Shown here in pieces: positions 6,792 through 14,401 of a DNA stretch of 32,521 bases; the first letter of the stretch is position 1, and each line of letters opens with the position of its first letter. Under the pieces are notes generated by a model. It saw nothing but the letters and a program-made list of their open reading frames with translations, made no database searches and was not told where the DNA came from. This DNA comes from a virus: IMG/VR virus record IMGVR_UViG_3300045988_012636, positions 1 to 32,521 of that record; one strand, 5' to 3'. Made by a program: the position numbers and the translations under genes.

Positions 6792-7119
6792 CCCTCTCAC
6801 CAGCGATGTGCTGGAACTGTTCGACCGGAACCGTATCACGGTGAACACTCTTCGTACGTTCGTGGTGGAGAGCGTTGCCGACTTCCTCGGAGACGGCAAA
6901 CACGACAAAGTGTGCGGCAAACTGTTCGACCGCTGGTATCAACACGTTCGCCGCTCCATCTGGATTGGTGCCGCGCAATACGTCTTGGAACACCACGGAT
7001 TGAAATACGAGGAAGCCACCAACGAGGCGAAACAACTCTACGAAGACCTGTACGCGGACTACAACAAGCGATATCACTGCTGGCGTCGCCACGAGGAAAG
7101 GAAAACCGATGAAGACTAA
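6781..7119 (+). CDS. Hypothetical protein (112 aa)
   Basis: AAGGAGG RBS before the ATG at 6781 (MKLDPLT...). The longer form starting at 6742 lacks an RBS. Confidence 0.6.
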   Translation: MKLDPLTSDVLELFDRNRITVNTLRTFVVESVADFLGDGKHDKVCGKLFDRWYQHVRRSIWIGAAQYVLEHHGLKYEEATNEAKQLYEDLYADYNKRYHCWRRHEERKTDED

Positions 7120-7474
7120 TGGCAATTGGTGGACTGCCGTGCTTTCCGCTGGAATCACAGCGGGATACGCGACCACCGTCGTACAGCTCTCGCCCGGCCC
7201 CGGCTACGTGTTTTCCGCGCTCCGCCGCAAGCTCACCGTAAAGACCGAGAACCTGCCCAGCTCGCTCCCCACGTGGGCCAAGGATTGCGCGGATAGTCTC
7301 GGGAACCTCGCCTACTGCGGCTGGTGTCTCAGCCCGTGGGTTTCGCTCCCGGTGTGGGCGATAGCTGCCAAGATCAACCGGGTACGGTTCGGGGTCAAGT
7401 GGGTGGCCGGGTGGATTGTGGCCGGTGGCGTGGCCGCGTTCCTACGCCACTCCGCTGAAACGACGGTGGCGTAA
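7109..7474 (+). CDS. Membrane protein, DUF1360-like (CxWCxSxW motif)
   Basis: GAAAGGAAAA RBS. Contains TM segments and the motif YCGWCLSPWVSLPVW, reminiscent of DUF1360 proteins of actinophages. Confidence 0.5.
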   Translation: MKTNGNWWTAVLSAGITAGYATTVVQLSPGPGYVFSALRRKLTVKTENLPSSLPTWAKDCADSLGNLAYCGWCLSPWVSLPVWAIAAKINRVRFGVKWVAGWIVAGGVAAFLRHSAETTVA

Positions 7475-7752
7475 TGTTCGGTCTGCAACAGGGTCATGTG
7501 CTGTTGATTCTTTGGATGGCGAAACGACCGCTTACCCACGAGGAAATCGAACGGATGGCGGTCTTGGCTAAGTATGACGATACTCCGCAGGGATTGAGGT
7601 CGCGCATGATCGAACTTGAGCGTTCCGGTCATGTGTACCGTGTCGATAGGGAGGGTGTGAACAGTCGGCACCGTCATTGCTGGCGGTTCGCTCTGACCGA
7701 CGACGGGCGCGAAGCCATCAGTGAACTGTTTGGCGAAACACAAACAATGTGA
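7474..7752 (+). CDS. Winged-helix (MarR-like) DNA-binding protein
   Basis: HVLLILWMAKRPLTHEEIERMA...GLRSRMIELERSGHVYRV has a wHTH pattern. It overlaps the upstream gene as TAATG. Confidence 0.6.
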   Translation: MFGLQQGHVLLILWMAKRPLTHEEIERMAVLAKYDDTPQGLRSRMIELERSGHVYRVDREGVNSRHRHCWRFALTDDGREAISELFGETQTM

Positions 7753-7773
7753 TATAATATATATATCACATTG
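7730..7773 (+). promoter_or_regulatory. Promoter P3 (extended -10) overlapped by a 12-bp perfect inverted repeat (operator-like)
   Basis: -35 TTGGCG (7730-7735), 17-nt spacer, TGa-TATAAT (7753-7758), ATATATCA (7761-7768). Palindrome CAATGTGATATA (7745-7756) / TATATCACATTG (7762-7773). Confidence 0.65.
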
Positions 7774-7787
7774 TAGGGAGGTGAAAC

Positions 7788-8117
7788 ATGCGCAAGCAAA
7801 CCAAAATCAAGACAGTAATCAACGGCCAAGAAGTCACCGTGGAACAGGATAGCCAGACCGGCCAATTCTTCACACGAGAGAACCTCGGCAACATCCCCAT
7901 TGACTACGCGAGTGTCAGCGACCGAGTAACCATCGGCCAGTGCATCAAATACTGGCGGGTACGCCACGGATACTCACAGGCGGAACTCGCCGAACGAATC
8001 GGCGTAGCCGGCCATAACGTCATCGCCATGTGGGAAAACGGACGCCGCAAACCACAAAAAGAATACCGGTTGCGACTGGCCGAACACCTCGACCGTGACA
8101 TCCTGACCAAAGACTAG
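7788..8117 (+). CDS. XRE-family (Cro/CI-type) HTH transcriptional regulator
   Basis: IGQCIKYWRVRHGYSQAELAERIGVAGHNVIAMWENGRRKP is a classic HTH_3 pattern. GGGAGG RBS. Confidence 0.85.
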   Translation: MRKQTKIKTVINGQEVTVEQDSQTGQFFTRENLGNIPIDYASVSDRVTIGQCIKYWRVRHGYSQAELAERIGVAGHNVIAMWENGRRKPQKEYRLRLAEHLDRDILTKD

Positions 8118-8175
8118 AAGATAGTCTAAATAGTTGCACAATTAGTTTAATCATCATCACACCAAAGGAGCAACA

Positions 8176-8469
8176 ATGGAAAACGACACTGTTCACTACC
8201 TGACCTCAATCATCAACCTCCTCCTGAAGAAACCGGAACTCCAACGAATCATCGACAACCAAGGACTCGGGCAGGAACTCACATTCGGGCAGATCGGCTT
8301 CAAAGACTATGAAGCGTTCCTACGAGTCTACGAAATCCTGAACAGTATCGAGGGAGTGGAAACCACACCCATACGCGAATCAGAATTCGTGAATACGGAA
8401 CAATACTCGTTCCGTCTGGTCGCTCCGGTTAATCTGTGGTTCTTCCACTGCACGGGAGTGTTCAATTGA
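8176..8469 (+). CDS. Hypothetical protein (97 aa)
   Basis: ORF with an AAAGGAG RBS. Confidence 0.65.
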   Translation: MENDTVHYLTSIINLLLKKPELQRIIDNQGLGQELTFGQIGFKDYEAFLRVYEILNSIEGVETTPIRESEFVNTEQYSFRLVAPVNLWFFHCTGVFN

Positions 8470-8795
8470 GCAAGACCGATCCTGACATCGAAACCCGTAT
8501 GAAGGTGTTCAACCGAGACCACGGGAGGTGCTTCATCTGCGGGAAAACGTTAAGCTCATCCGCGTTCAACCTGCATCATAGGCGTATGCGCTCCCACGCT
8601 TGGGAAGGATTGAATCTACCCAGCAACCTGATTACCGTCTGCGGCTCGGGAACAATGGGATGCCACGGGCGTATCCACGCTCATCCAAAAGAATCGTATG
8701 AGAACGGTTGGCTGGTCAGCGCATACAACGATCACCCCGAGAACGTTCCAGTGTTCAGCGAATACCGATATAAAAAATTGCTCTTAAGCAACTAA
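8466..8795 (+). CDS. HNH endonuclease
   Basis: RDHGRCFICGK...NLHHRRMRS...ITVCGSGTMGCHGRIH is an HNH/zinc motif. Start is uncertain: TTG 8466, ATG 8499 or ATG 8436. Confidence 0.8.
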   Translation: MSKTDPDIETRMKVFNRDHGRCFICGKTLSSSAFNLHHRRMRSHAWEGLNLPSNLITVCGSGTMGCHGRIHAHPKESYENGWLVSAYNDHPENVPVFSEYRYKKLLLSN

Positions 8796-8803
8796 AAAAA
8801 GAA

Positions 8804-8840
8804 TAGCCCGGCATTAGTCATCAAGACCAGTGCCGGGCTA
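8804..8840. terminator. Bidirectional intrinsic terminator between the convergent units
   Basis: 10-bp stem TAGCCCGGCA (8804-8813) / TGCCGGGCTA (8831-8840). It is flanked by A7 on the plus side (a T-run for the minus-strand transcript) and by ttcattttt downstream on the plus strand. Confidence 0.8.
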
Positions 8841-8919
8841 ATTCATTTTTGGTCATCACACCATCGCTCGAAAGGAGCAACACCAGTGTATCACTTGGAG
8901 ATACTAATGCAGATGCATA

Positions 8920-9354
8920 TCATGCTTCCTCACGCCACCCCTGCGGATAGGCGTCCGGGGTCCACACGCAGCCGTCGTAGATGCACGTGTAGTGTTTGCC
9001 GTTGTAGGTGATTTTGTCGCCCACGTGGTAGGCGTCGTGTGCGCCGGTCGGCTGCTTGTATTCCGGCCACTCGTCTGCTGGTTCCTCAAGTGCACCGGGA
9101 TTGGTCGATGAGCTTGATTCCAGCTTGGCGAGACGATCCTCGATGGTCATCTCCCATTCCTCGATGGCCTTCACGCGGTCGGCCAACGGAGCGTAGGAAT
9201 TGTCGGGCTCGGCGTTGTCCTGTGCCTGTTTGAGAAGCTGTTCCACCTCGTCCTCGGTGAGCTCGCCCATCGTATACATGGTCTTGATGCGCTGGGTGAG
9301 GTCGATGAGATCGTAGCCTCCGGCGTTGATGATGGTTTGGAATGTTTTGAACAC
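8920..9354 (-). CDS. XkdX-like N-terminal domain fused to a CBM5/12-like carbohydrate-binding C-terminus
   Basis: GTG start with an AAGGAGA RBS. The N-terminus is MFKTFQTIINAGGYDLIDLTQRIKTMYTMGELTEDEVEQLL. The C-terminus YHVGDKITYNGKHYTCIYDGCVWTPDAYPQGW resembles chitin-binding type-3 motifs. Confidence 0.5.
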   Translation of the reverse strand: MFKTFQTIINAGGYDLIDLTQRIKTMYTMGELTEDEVEQLLKQAQDNAEPDNSYAPLADRVKAIEEWEMTIEDRLAKLESSSSTNPGALEEPADEWPEYKQPTGAHDAYHVGDKITYNGKHYTCIYDGCVWTPDAYPQGWREEA

Positions 9355-9365
9355 GATAACTCTCC

Positions 9366-10013
9366 TTACTGGTTGGTTTCCAAAGAATTGATGCGAGCCT
9401 CCAAAGCTTCCAATCGCGTTTGCATGACAGCAAGCTCATTTAACTTCGATTCCAACGTGGCGATACGGGATGTCAACGCGGAAACATCCGGGATATCGCT
9501 TGCAAACGCAAGGCGTTGCCACGGTGACCAATCATCGTAAGAGACCTTGATACGATATGAAACAAACGGCTCCCCGAAGCCTCCCGACCTATTTAACCAT
9601 AGTTGTGCAATATCAGCACCAGCCGCAACCCCGCACTTGCATGTGACTAGAGCCGCTCTAATATAGAAATCGTTTAACCCTGTTGGAATGTTTGCGATAT
9701 TTGAGGTATTTTTATCTGAGGTGACGAAGTAAACTCCGGGGTCTATGTAATTGTTTGGGTCAAACAGGGAAGAGCTAGTCCCTTCTATTTCTGTTGCGTT
9801 TTTAAACGAACCTATAACAGATAACGCATTATTTATCGTACCGTTGCCGGCCAACGTGTTGTCATGTTCGACCGATGCCGGTTCGCCCTTGTCGCCGCGA
9901 GGAATGGTGAAGCTCGCCGTATACTTGGTGCCGGTCTTCTGAATCTCAACCGCAGCATTAGTCCCGGGTTCGCCCGTGGTCGTTGTACCGGCCTGCAAAC
10001 CGAAACCGTTCAC
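9366..10013 (-). CDS. C-terminal part of a BppU-like tail fibre (receptor-binding end with terminal coiled coil)
   Basis: The frame is open upstream to 10115 and there encodes PAAGLSERNAAQSAVQAAQSATAAAQSASDAQNAV. This continues the Ala/Ser/Gln repeat of the upstream ORF. No RBS precedes the GTG at 10013. Confidence 0.6.
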   Translation of the reverse strand: MNGFGLQAGTTTTGEPGTNAAVEIQKTGTKYTASFTIPRGDKGEPASVEHDNTLAGNGTINNALSVIGSFKNATEIEGTSSSLFDPNNYIDPGVYFVTSDKNTSNIANIPTGLNDFYIRAALVTCKCGVAAGADIAQLWLNRSGGFGEPFVSYRIKVSYDDWSPWQRLAFASDIPDVSALTSRIATLESKLNELAVMQTRLEALEARINSLETNQ

Positions 10014-10089
10014 GGCATTCTGGGCGTCGGAAGCGGATTGTGCGGCAGCTGTGGCGCTCTGAGCGGCCTGAACGGCACTTTGAGCGGCG

Positions 10090-11046
10090 TTACGTTCCGA
10101 CAGTCCCGCAGCCGGTCATGCTCTCTCCGGCCTTGCTTGCACTATCCGCAGCGGCTTGAGCGCTCCCACCGGCCTCGCTCGCACTACCAGCCGCAGACGC
10201 CGCTGATTGCGAAGCAGCCCGTGCGGCGTTTTCGGCCTGAGTGACTGAACCGGAAACGGACGCGACCACGTTGGCTGCTTGTTCGGCGCTCGACGCGGCG
10301 TTCCGTTCACTCTCTGCGGCGTTACGTGCGCTCTCTGCCGCGTTATCCTCGCTTTGCTTCGCCGCTGTGGCAGACTGCGAGGCTTGCATGGCACTATTGG
10401 CGGCGTTCCGTTCACTGGCTTGCGCCGCACTGGCGGAAGCAGCCGACTGATTGGCGCTGTTCGCGGCGGCCTCGGCGAACTCACGCGCATCCGTCACACT
10501 CTCGCTAATGGATGCCTCGGCCTTACCGAGACTGTCCACCGCATCACTAGCGGTCTGATTGATGCGCTCCACCGCGTCATCAGCGGTTTCGTTGACATTA
10601 TCGATAGCCGTATCTGCGGCAGTCTGCACGGTGCCGATGATCTTGTCCAGACGTGTTTGCTGACCGTCCTCCGGGTCGAAAACACCCGACACTGCGGGTT
10701 CGACCAGAAACACGACATTACGGGAATACGTTTCGCCATTACCATCGATGAAAGCGAGGTTGCATTCGACTCGTCCCGCACTCAAGGCTCCAACGGGGAT
10801 AGTGAAGTCCCAAGCACCGTCAGACTCGACACCGGTCACGTAATCGCCATACGTGTTGTCAGATCGCGGTGGATAATACAAGCGTGCCCCGGTGAACCCA
10901 GTGACTTTCTGCCCGTGATCCATTGGGACGAAACGGATGATCTTGCCGTTATCGTCCGCCTGATTGACAACGATATACGGGAGTTGCTGACTGATGTCGT
11001 TAATCTTGACGGTGATAGTGCGGAACAAGTCGGATGCAATTGTCAT
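10090..11046 (-). CDS. N-terminal part of a BppU-like tail fibre/baseplate upper protein (BppU_N-like domain plus Ala-rich coiled-coil repeats)
   Basis: The N-terminus ITVKINDISQQLPYIVVNQADDNGKIIRFVPMDHGQKVTGFTGARLYYPP resembles the BppU N-domain. Long SAxxAxxSExNAA repeats follow. The ORF ends abruptly (..GESMTGCGTVGT*) where the repeat continues in the +1 frame. Confidence 0.6.
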   Translation of the reverse strand: MTIASDLFRTITVKINDISQQLPYIVVNQADDNGKIIRFVPMDHGQKVTGFTGARLYYPPRSDNTYGDYVTGVESDGAWDFTIPVGALSAGRVECNLAFIDGNGETYSRNVVFLVEPAVSGVFDPEDGQQTRLDKIIGTVQTAADTAIDNVNETADDAVERINQTASDAVDSLGKAEASISESVTDAREFAEAAANSANQSAASASAAQASERNAANSAMQASQSATAAKQSEDNAAESARNAAESERNAASSAEQAANVVASVSGSVTQAENAARAASQSAASAAGSASEAGGSAQAAADSASKAGESMTGCGTVGT

Positions 11047-11053
11047 GATTACC

Positions 11054-11329
11054 TCACTTGGAGATGCCTGCGTAGTGGACGCCGAACATTCCAGCCACGC
11101 CGGAGCCGACCAGAGCGCAAGCGCCACCCATTACGGCAATCCATGACGGCACGTCCGGTACGGCGCTCACGAAACTCAGCACCGCACCGGCGATACCGAC
11201 CAGACCGGAAACCAGATACGCCCATTTGCGAGTCGCGGCGTTGAATGTCGGCACGTAATCATCATTACCGTCCGGCATCTCATTCGTAATCGTAGTGTCC
11301 GTGGTTGGTTCACCAGTATTCACATCCAT
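11054..11329 (-). CDS. Holin (two TM helices, acidic N-terminus)
   Basis: WAYLVSGLVGIAGAVLSFVSAV and WIAVMGGACALVGSGVAGMFGV are the TM segments. It lies immediately downstream of the endolysin. GGAGG RBS. Confidence 0.65.
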   Translation of the reverse strand: MDVNTGEPTTDTTITNEMPDGNDDYVPTFNAATRKWAYLVSGLVGIAGAVLSFVSAVPDVPSWIAVMGGACALVGSGVAGMFGVHYAGISK

Positions 11330-11351
11330 AACAAACCTCCTATCGGATAGT

Positions 11352-12143
11352 CTACTTGATGCGGATTGTCTGGCCCGCGTAAATCACGTCAGGGTTGGCG
11401 ATACCGTTCAACGCCACCAGATTGGAAACACTGGTACCGTACTGGGCGGCGATACCACTCAACGTGTCACCGGGCTGGATAGTGTACGTCGTAACGGACG
11501 GTGCCGGTGCGCCGCCCGGCAGTTTCAACACCTGACCCGGATAAATCAGATTAGGGTCGGCAATGCCGTTAAGCTGCTGGAGAGTCTGCCATGAAGTCCC
11601 GTACTTGGCCGCGATACCGCTCAGCGTGTCACCGGACTGAACCGTATACGTGCCAGACGCCGGAGTAGACGGAGCAGGAGCGGGAGCGGACAAGCCACGC
11701 GCCAGTTTATCGAGTCGGTCAAGATCATAAGTGCCGGGGCACTGAGTCGCGGAACAATCACGATGACGGATAAGCGGCAGGTCGCCGTATACTGCGCGGA
11801 TGTTATGAATCAGTTCGGCAATAGTCTCGTAATCGCCGTCAGACTGGCGTGGGTTGCATTCGATGCCGATACCCTTGTCGTTGCCCTTCGAGCCGACTCC
11901 CACGCCGTCGCCAGCGTGCCAAGCTCGGTTATCAGGGTCAACGATGCAGGCCACTCGACCGGCTTCCGCGATGTAGTGTGCGGACGCGCCACGGTTCGGG
12001 TCGCACAGGGTGTTGATAACTGCCTCGAACGCGGGGTGATTGCTCGGGTCATCCCACCAGTGGATGACAATGTAGTGGATGCCGTAGGGGCGTCCACTGG
12101 TGTAGTTGGGACTGTTGTATTGGGTAATGTCCTGATAGGTCAT
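11352..12143 (-). CDS. Endolysin: N-acetylmuramoyl-L-alanine amidase (Amidase_2/PGRP type) with two LysM domains
   Basis: IVIHWWD...ASAHYIA...AWHAG...GIECNP...HRD is an amidase pattern. Two [17 protein letters not shown]...[12 protein letters not shown] LysM repeats follow. AAAGGAGA RBS before the ATG at 12143. Confidence 0.9.
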   Translation of the reverse strand: MTYQDITQYNSPNYTSGRPYGIHYIVIHWWDDPSNHPAFEAVINTLCDPNRGASAHYIAEAGRVACIVDPDNRAWHAGDGVGVGSKGNDKGIGIECNPRQSDGDYETIAELIHNIRAVYGDLPLIRHRDCSATQCPGTYDLDRLDKLARGLSAPAPAPSTPASGTYTVQSGDTLSGIAAKYGTSWQTLQQLNGIADPNLIYPGQVLKLPGGAPAPSVTTYTIQPGDTLSGIAAQYGTSVSNLVALNGIANPDVIYAGQTIRIK

Positions 12144-12154
12144 TGTTTCTCCTT

Positions 12155-12298
12155 TCAGAGGGTAAACGCGTACCAAACCATGATGAAAAGCTTGAGAAGA
12201 TTGGCGGCGTTGATGATGATAGCGTATGCTCCCAGCACTATAGCGCCGACCAGTACGATTGCTAGGAGTATCAGGGCTATGAGTTCGGTTCGGCGCAT
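12155..12298 (-). CDS. Small hydrophobic protein (47 aa), possible holin/antiholin
   Basis: Hand translation: [47 protein letters not shown]. It lies directly upstream of the endolysin. The RBS is weak. Confidence 0.4.
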   Translation of the reverse strand: MRRTELIALILLAIVLVGAIVLGAYAIIINAANLLKLFIMVWYAFTL

Positions 12299-12371
12299 GG
12301 TTCCAGTATATCAACTGGGCTGATAATGCCCATTATGGACAAGCGATGGAACGTGGAACATGAACCGGCGG

Positions 12372-12740
12372 CTAGTCATTGTCTCCGGCCAGTTCCTCAA
12401 GGGACGCGATACGGTCGCGTAGATCATCGGGCAACGACGGTTTAGGATGATTCTCCAAAAATTCAGGTTCGATAATCTCGCAAAACTTGGACAGCCAGTG
12501 CCCCAACGCGCGAATATAACCCGTCTCCAAGTCAATGGTGTATTGCAGAGCATCCCTGTTCTTGATTAGCGCGTTTATCTTCTGGTCTTGCGCGTCAATC
12601 TGCCGTTTCATATCCCCTTGAGCGGACACTAAAGCTTGATATGCGCTGGTCAAGTCTGACCTACGGTTAGCTAGCCATGTTATGAGCCCTCCGAGAGCCA
12701 CGCCGCCTACGCCGATGATTGCAGTGAGAATTTCCATCAT
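12372..12740 (-). CDS. Membrane-anchored coiled-coil protein (possible lysis accessory protein)
   Basis: N-terminal TM segment MMEILTAIIGVGGVALGGLITWLA followed by a coiled-coil-like segment. It sits between the fibre genes and the lysis genes. Confidence 0.55.
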   Translation of the reverse strand: MMEILTAIIGVGGVALGGLITWLANRRSDLTSAYQALVSAQGDMKRQIDAQDQKINALIKNRDALQYTIDLETGYIRALGHWLSKFCEIIEPEFLENHPKPSLPDDLRDRIASLEELAGDND

Positions 12741-12755
12741 CTTAATAAGGATATG

Positions 12756-13670
12756 CTAGTCCTTAATAATCCATGTTGACTGCGCGTACAAGTAAGTACC
12801 TACAGCCCAGTCACCAACAGTGCCTGTCGAGTTAAACATAATATAGTCAGTATTATCTATCACGCTCAACCGGAGCGTTCTGTTGTTCGTAGATTGTGTG
12901 AAATTCTGCTGGTATCCATCGAATTTTATTCCGTTCGGCATTCGAAGAACATGGTCGGTTGCCGCCGGATTCCAGCCCTTGACCATTTTCAAGCTTCCGC
13001 CGACTTGCAGTATATTACCATTGCGCCTAACGTTCAGCGGGTCAAGCTCCTGAAAAATAGAAGATAAAATGATAGACGCTTTCATCTTCCCGGAATCCCA
13101 TTTGCCGCCGTTTCTGACATAATGGGCATTATCGGCCATCGTCACAGCCTCCTGCCCGTCCACCGCGTCAATAGTGTTAAGCTGGGCAAGATCACGCGCC
13201 ATCAGGATAGCGTTATTACGAATCATCGGAGCCGCGTCCGACGCGACACCGGCGTTCACCTTGGCGATTACAAGACCGTTGATATTCGAGTCAAGCGTAC
13301 CAGCAGGGAACACTTCTATCTTGCCGCGCGGAGTCGTACCATGCGACTGAGACGGGTCTTCCACAGTCACCGCAATCTTGTAATCGTTGGTGGAGTCCGC
13401 CAGTCGCACGGTCGTATTGGTGGTGATGGCGTAAGTGTACGCGCCCAAACCATCCCACGGGCTGATGGTACCGCAATGAGGTTTGACCGTAACAGTCAGA
13501 CCACTCACCGTGACCAGAGGAACCGGGGAACCGTAACGGATACCAGACAACCCGTTGAACGCGCTACCATCGGACGGTACCAATAGAGGATTAATGGCGT
13601 GCCTGTAATCGTCCGCCGTATACTCCGGTGAACCGTTCTGCGCGGTAAGCGGGTGCATGATAATAGCCAT
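12756..13670 (-). CDS. Minor tail / receptor-binding protein (putative)
   Basis: ORF in the fibre region with a GGAGGA RBS 6 nt before the ATG at 13670. No recognisable catalytic motif. Confidence 0.55.
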   Translation of the reverse strand: MAIIMHPLTAQNGSPEYTADDYRHAINPLLVPSDGSAFNGLSGIRYGSPVPLVTVSGLTVTVKPHCGTISPWDGLGAYTYAITTNTTVRLADSTNDYKIAVTVEDPSQSHGTTPRGKIEVFPAGTLDSNINGLVIAKVNAGVASDAAPMIRNNAILMARDLAQLNTIDAVDGQEAVTMADNAHYVRNGGKWDSGKMKASIILSSIFQELDPLNVRRNGNILQVGGSLKMVKGWNPAATDHVLRMPNGIKFDGYQQNFTQSTNNRTLRLSVIDNTDYIMFNSTGTVGDWAVGTYLYAQSTWIIKD

Positions 13671-13672
13671 AA

Positions 13673-14401
13673 TCAATCCTCCGAATCGTCTACACCCATT
13701 TTATCTTTATTAGTGGATAGCGCTTCTACCTTAGCCTTGAGCGCGTCCACTTCATCCGCAACCTGCTGGGCGAGTCGGAGCGCAGCCACTCCCAACATCG
13801 GATAGTTGATGCCCACCAGACTGCCATCTGCATCGTATTCGCAGAAGAAACCTAAACCGTTTTCATCCAAATCGTCGGCTATCATGCCTACCATCGGCTG
13901 CGAATCATCAAGATTCAGGTTCTTATCATCCTTCATCCGGTAGACGCACCATTTCACCTTGCGTAGAGCGTCAACTGGGATATATTCGTCGGCGTCCACA
14001 ATATCGGTTTTCACCGCACGAATCGACTGCGCCGTGCCCATAGTGCCGTCAGACAACACCCATGCGGCGCGCCACTGGCCGGACGTAAACAAGTTGTTGT
14101 AGGCGTTGCCGGTACCAGTACCACCACGGTTCGGAGTCAATACACCCCAGTTCCATTCCTGTGTTTTAGCGTCAATCTCGGAACGGGTGTAACTGTTGCG
14201 GGCAATGCTTTCCTGCACACGCTGGTCAAGATTGTTCGTCAACGTCTGCACTTCCTCGTACATGGCCGTAATCTGATCGACCATAGGTTTAACACTGTTG
14301 ACGATGCTCGGCGGCAATTCCTGCAACTGGCGTTTAATGTCCGCAAACTGGCGTGCGGTCGCGTCCGCGCTATCTAGACTGAACTTGAATTTGCTCGGCA
14401 T
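13673..14401 (-). CDS. Tail fibre protein with C-terminal Peptidase_S74 intramolecular chaperone domain
   Basis: AGGAGG RBS before the ATG at 14401. The C-terminus ...IRAVKTDI..IPVDALRKVKWCVYRMKDD...VGMIADDLDE...LVGINYPMLGVAALRLAQQVADEVDALKAKVEAL matches the S74 chaperone pattern. Confidence 0.7.
   Translation of the reverse strand: MPSKFKFSLDSADATARQFADIKRQLQELPPSIVNSVKPMVDQITAMYEEVQTLTNNLDQRVQESIARNSYTRSEIDAKTQEWNWGVLTPNRGGTGTGNAYNNLFTSGQWRAAWVLSDGTMGTAQSIRAVKTDIVDADEYIPVDALRKVKWCVYRMKDDKNLNLDDSQPMVGMIADDLDENGLGFFCEYDADGSLVGINYPMLGVAALRLAQQVADEVDALKAKVEALSTNKDKMGVDDSED

Noticed and set aside
8886-9011. Short plus-strand ORF after the orphan RBS copy
   Set aside because: It is about 41 codons, Arg/Cys-rich, antisense to a well-supported gene and lies downstream of a strong terminator. 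It is kept only as a relic, as described in the findings.
9366-10013. Collagen-like triple-helix domain or DGR variable region in the fibre C-terminus
   Set aside because: Only two short G-X-Y-like snippets occur. There is no reverse transcriptase and no template repeat anywhere in the genome.
10120-10500. Periodic GC-rich DNA considered as a tandem repeat or CRISPR-like array
   Set aside because: The periodicity is imperfect and is explained by the SAxxAxxSExNAA protein repeat. There are no conserved direct repeats with unique spacers.
10279-11244. 321-aa plus-strand ORF and other alternative-frame ORFs over the Ala-rich fibre repeat
   Set aside because: These are artefacts of GC-rich repetitive coding DNA that lacks stops in several frames. 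The minus-strand frame gives a BppU-like domain and a regular coiled-coil repeat.
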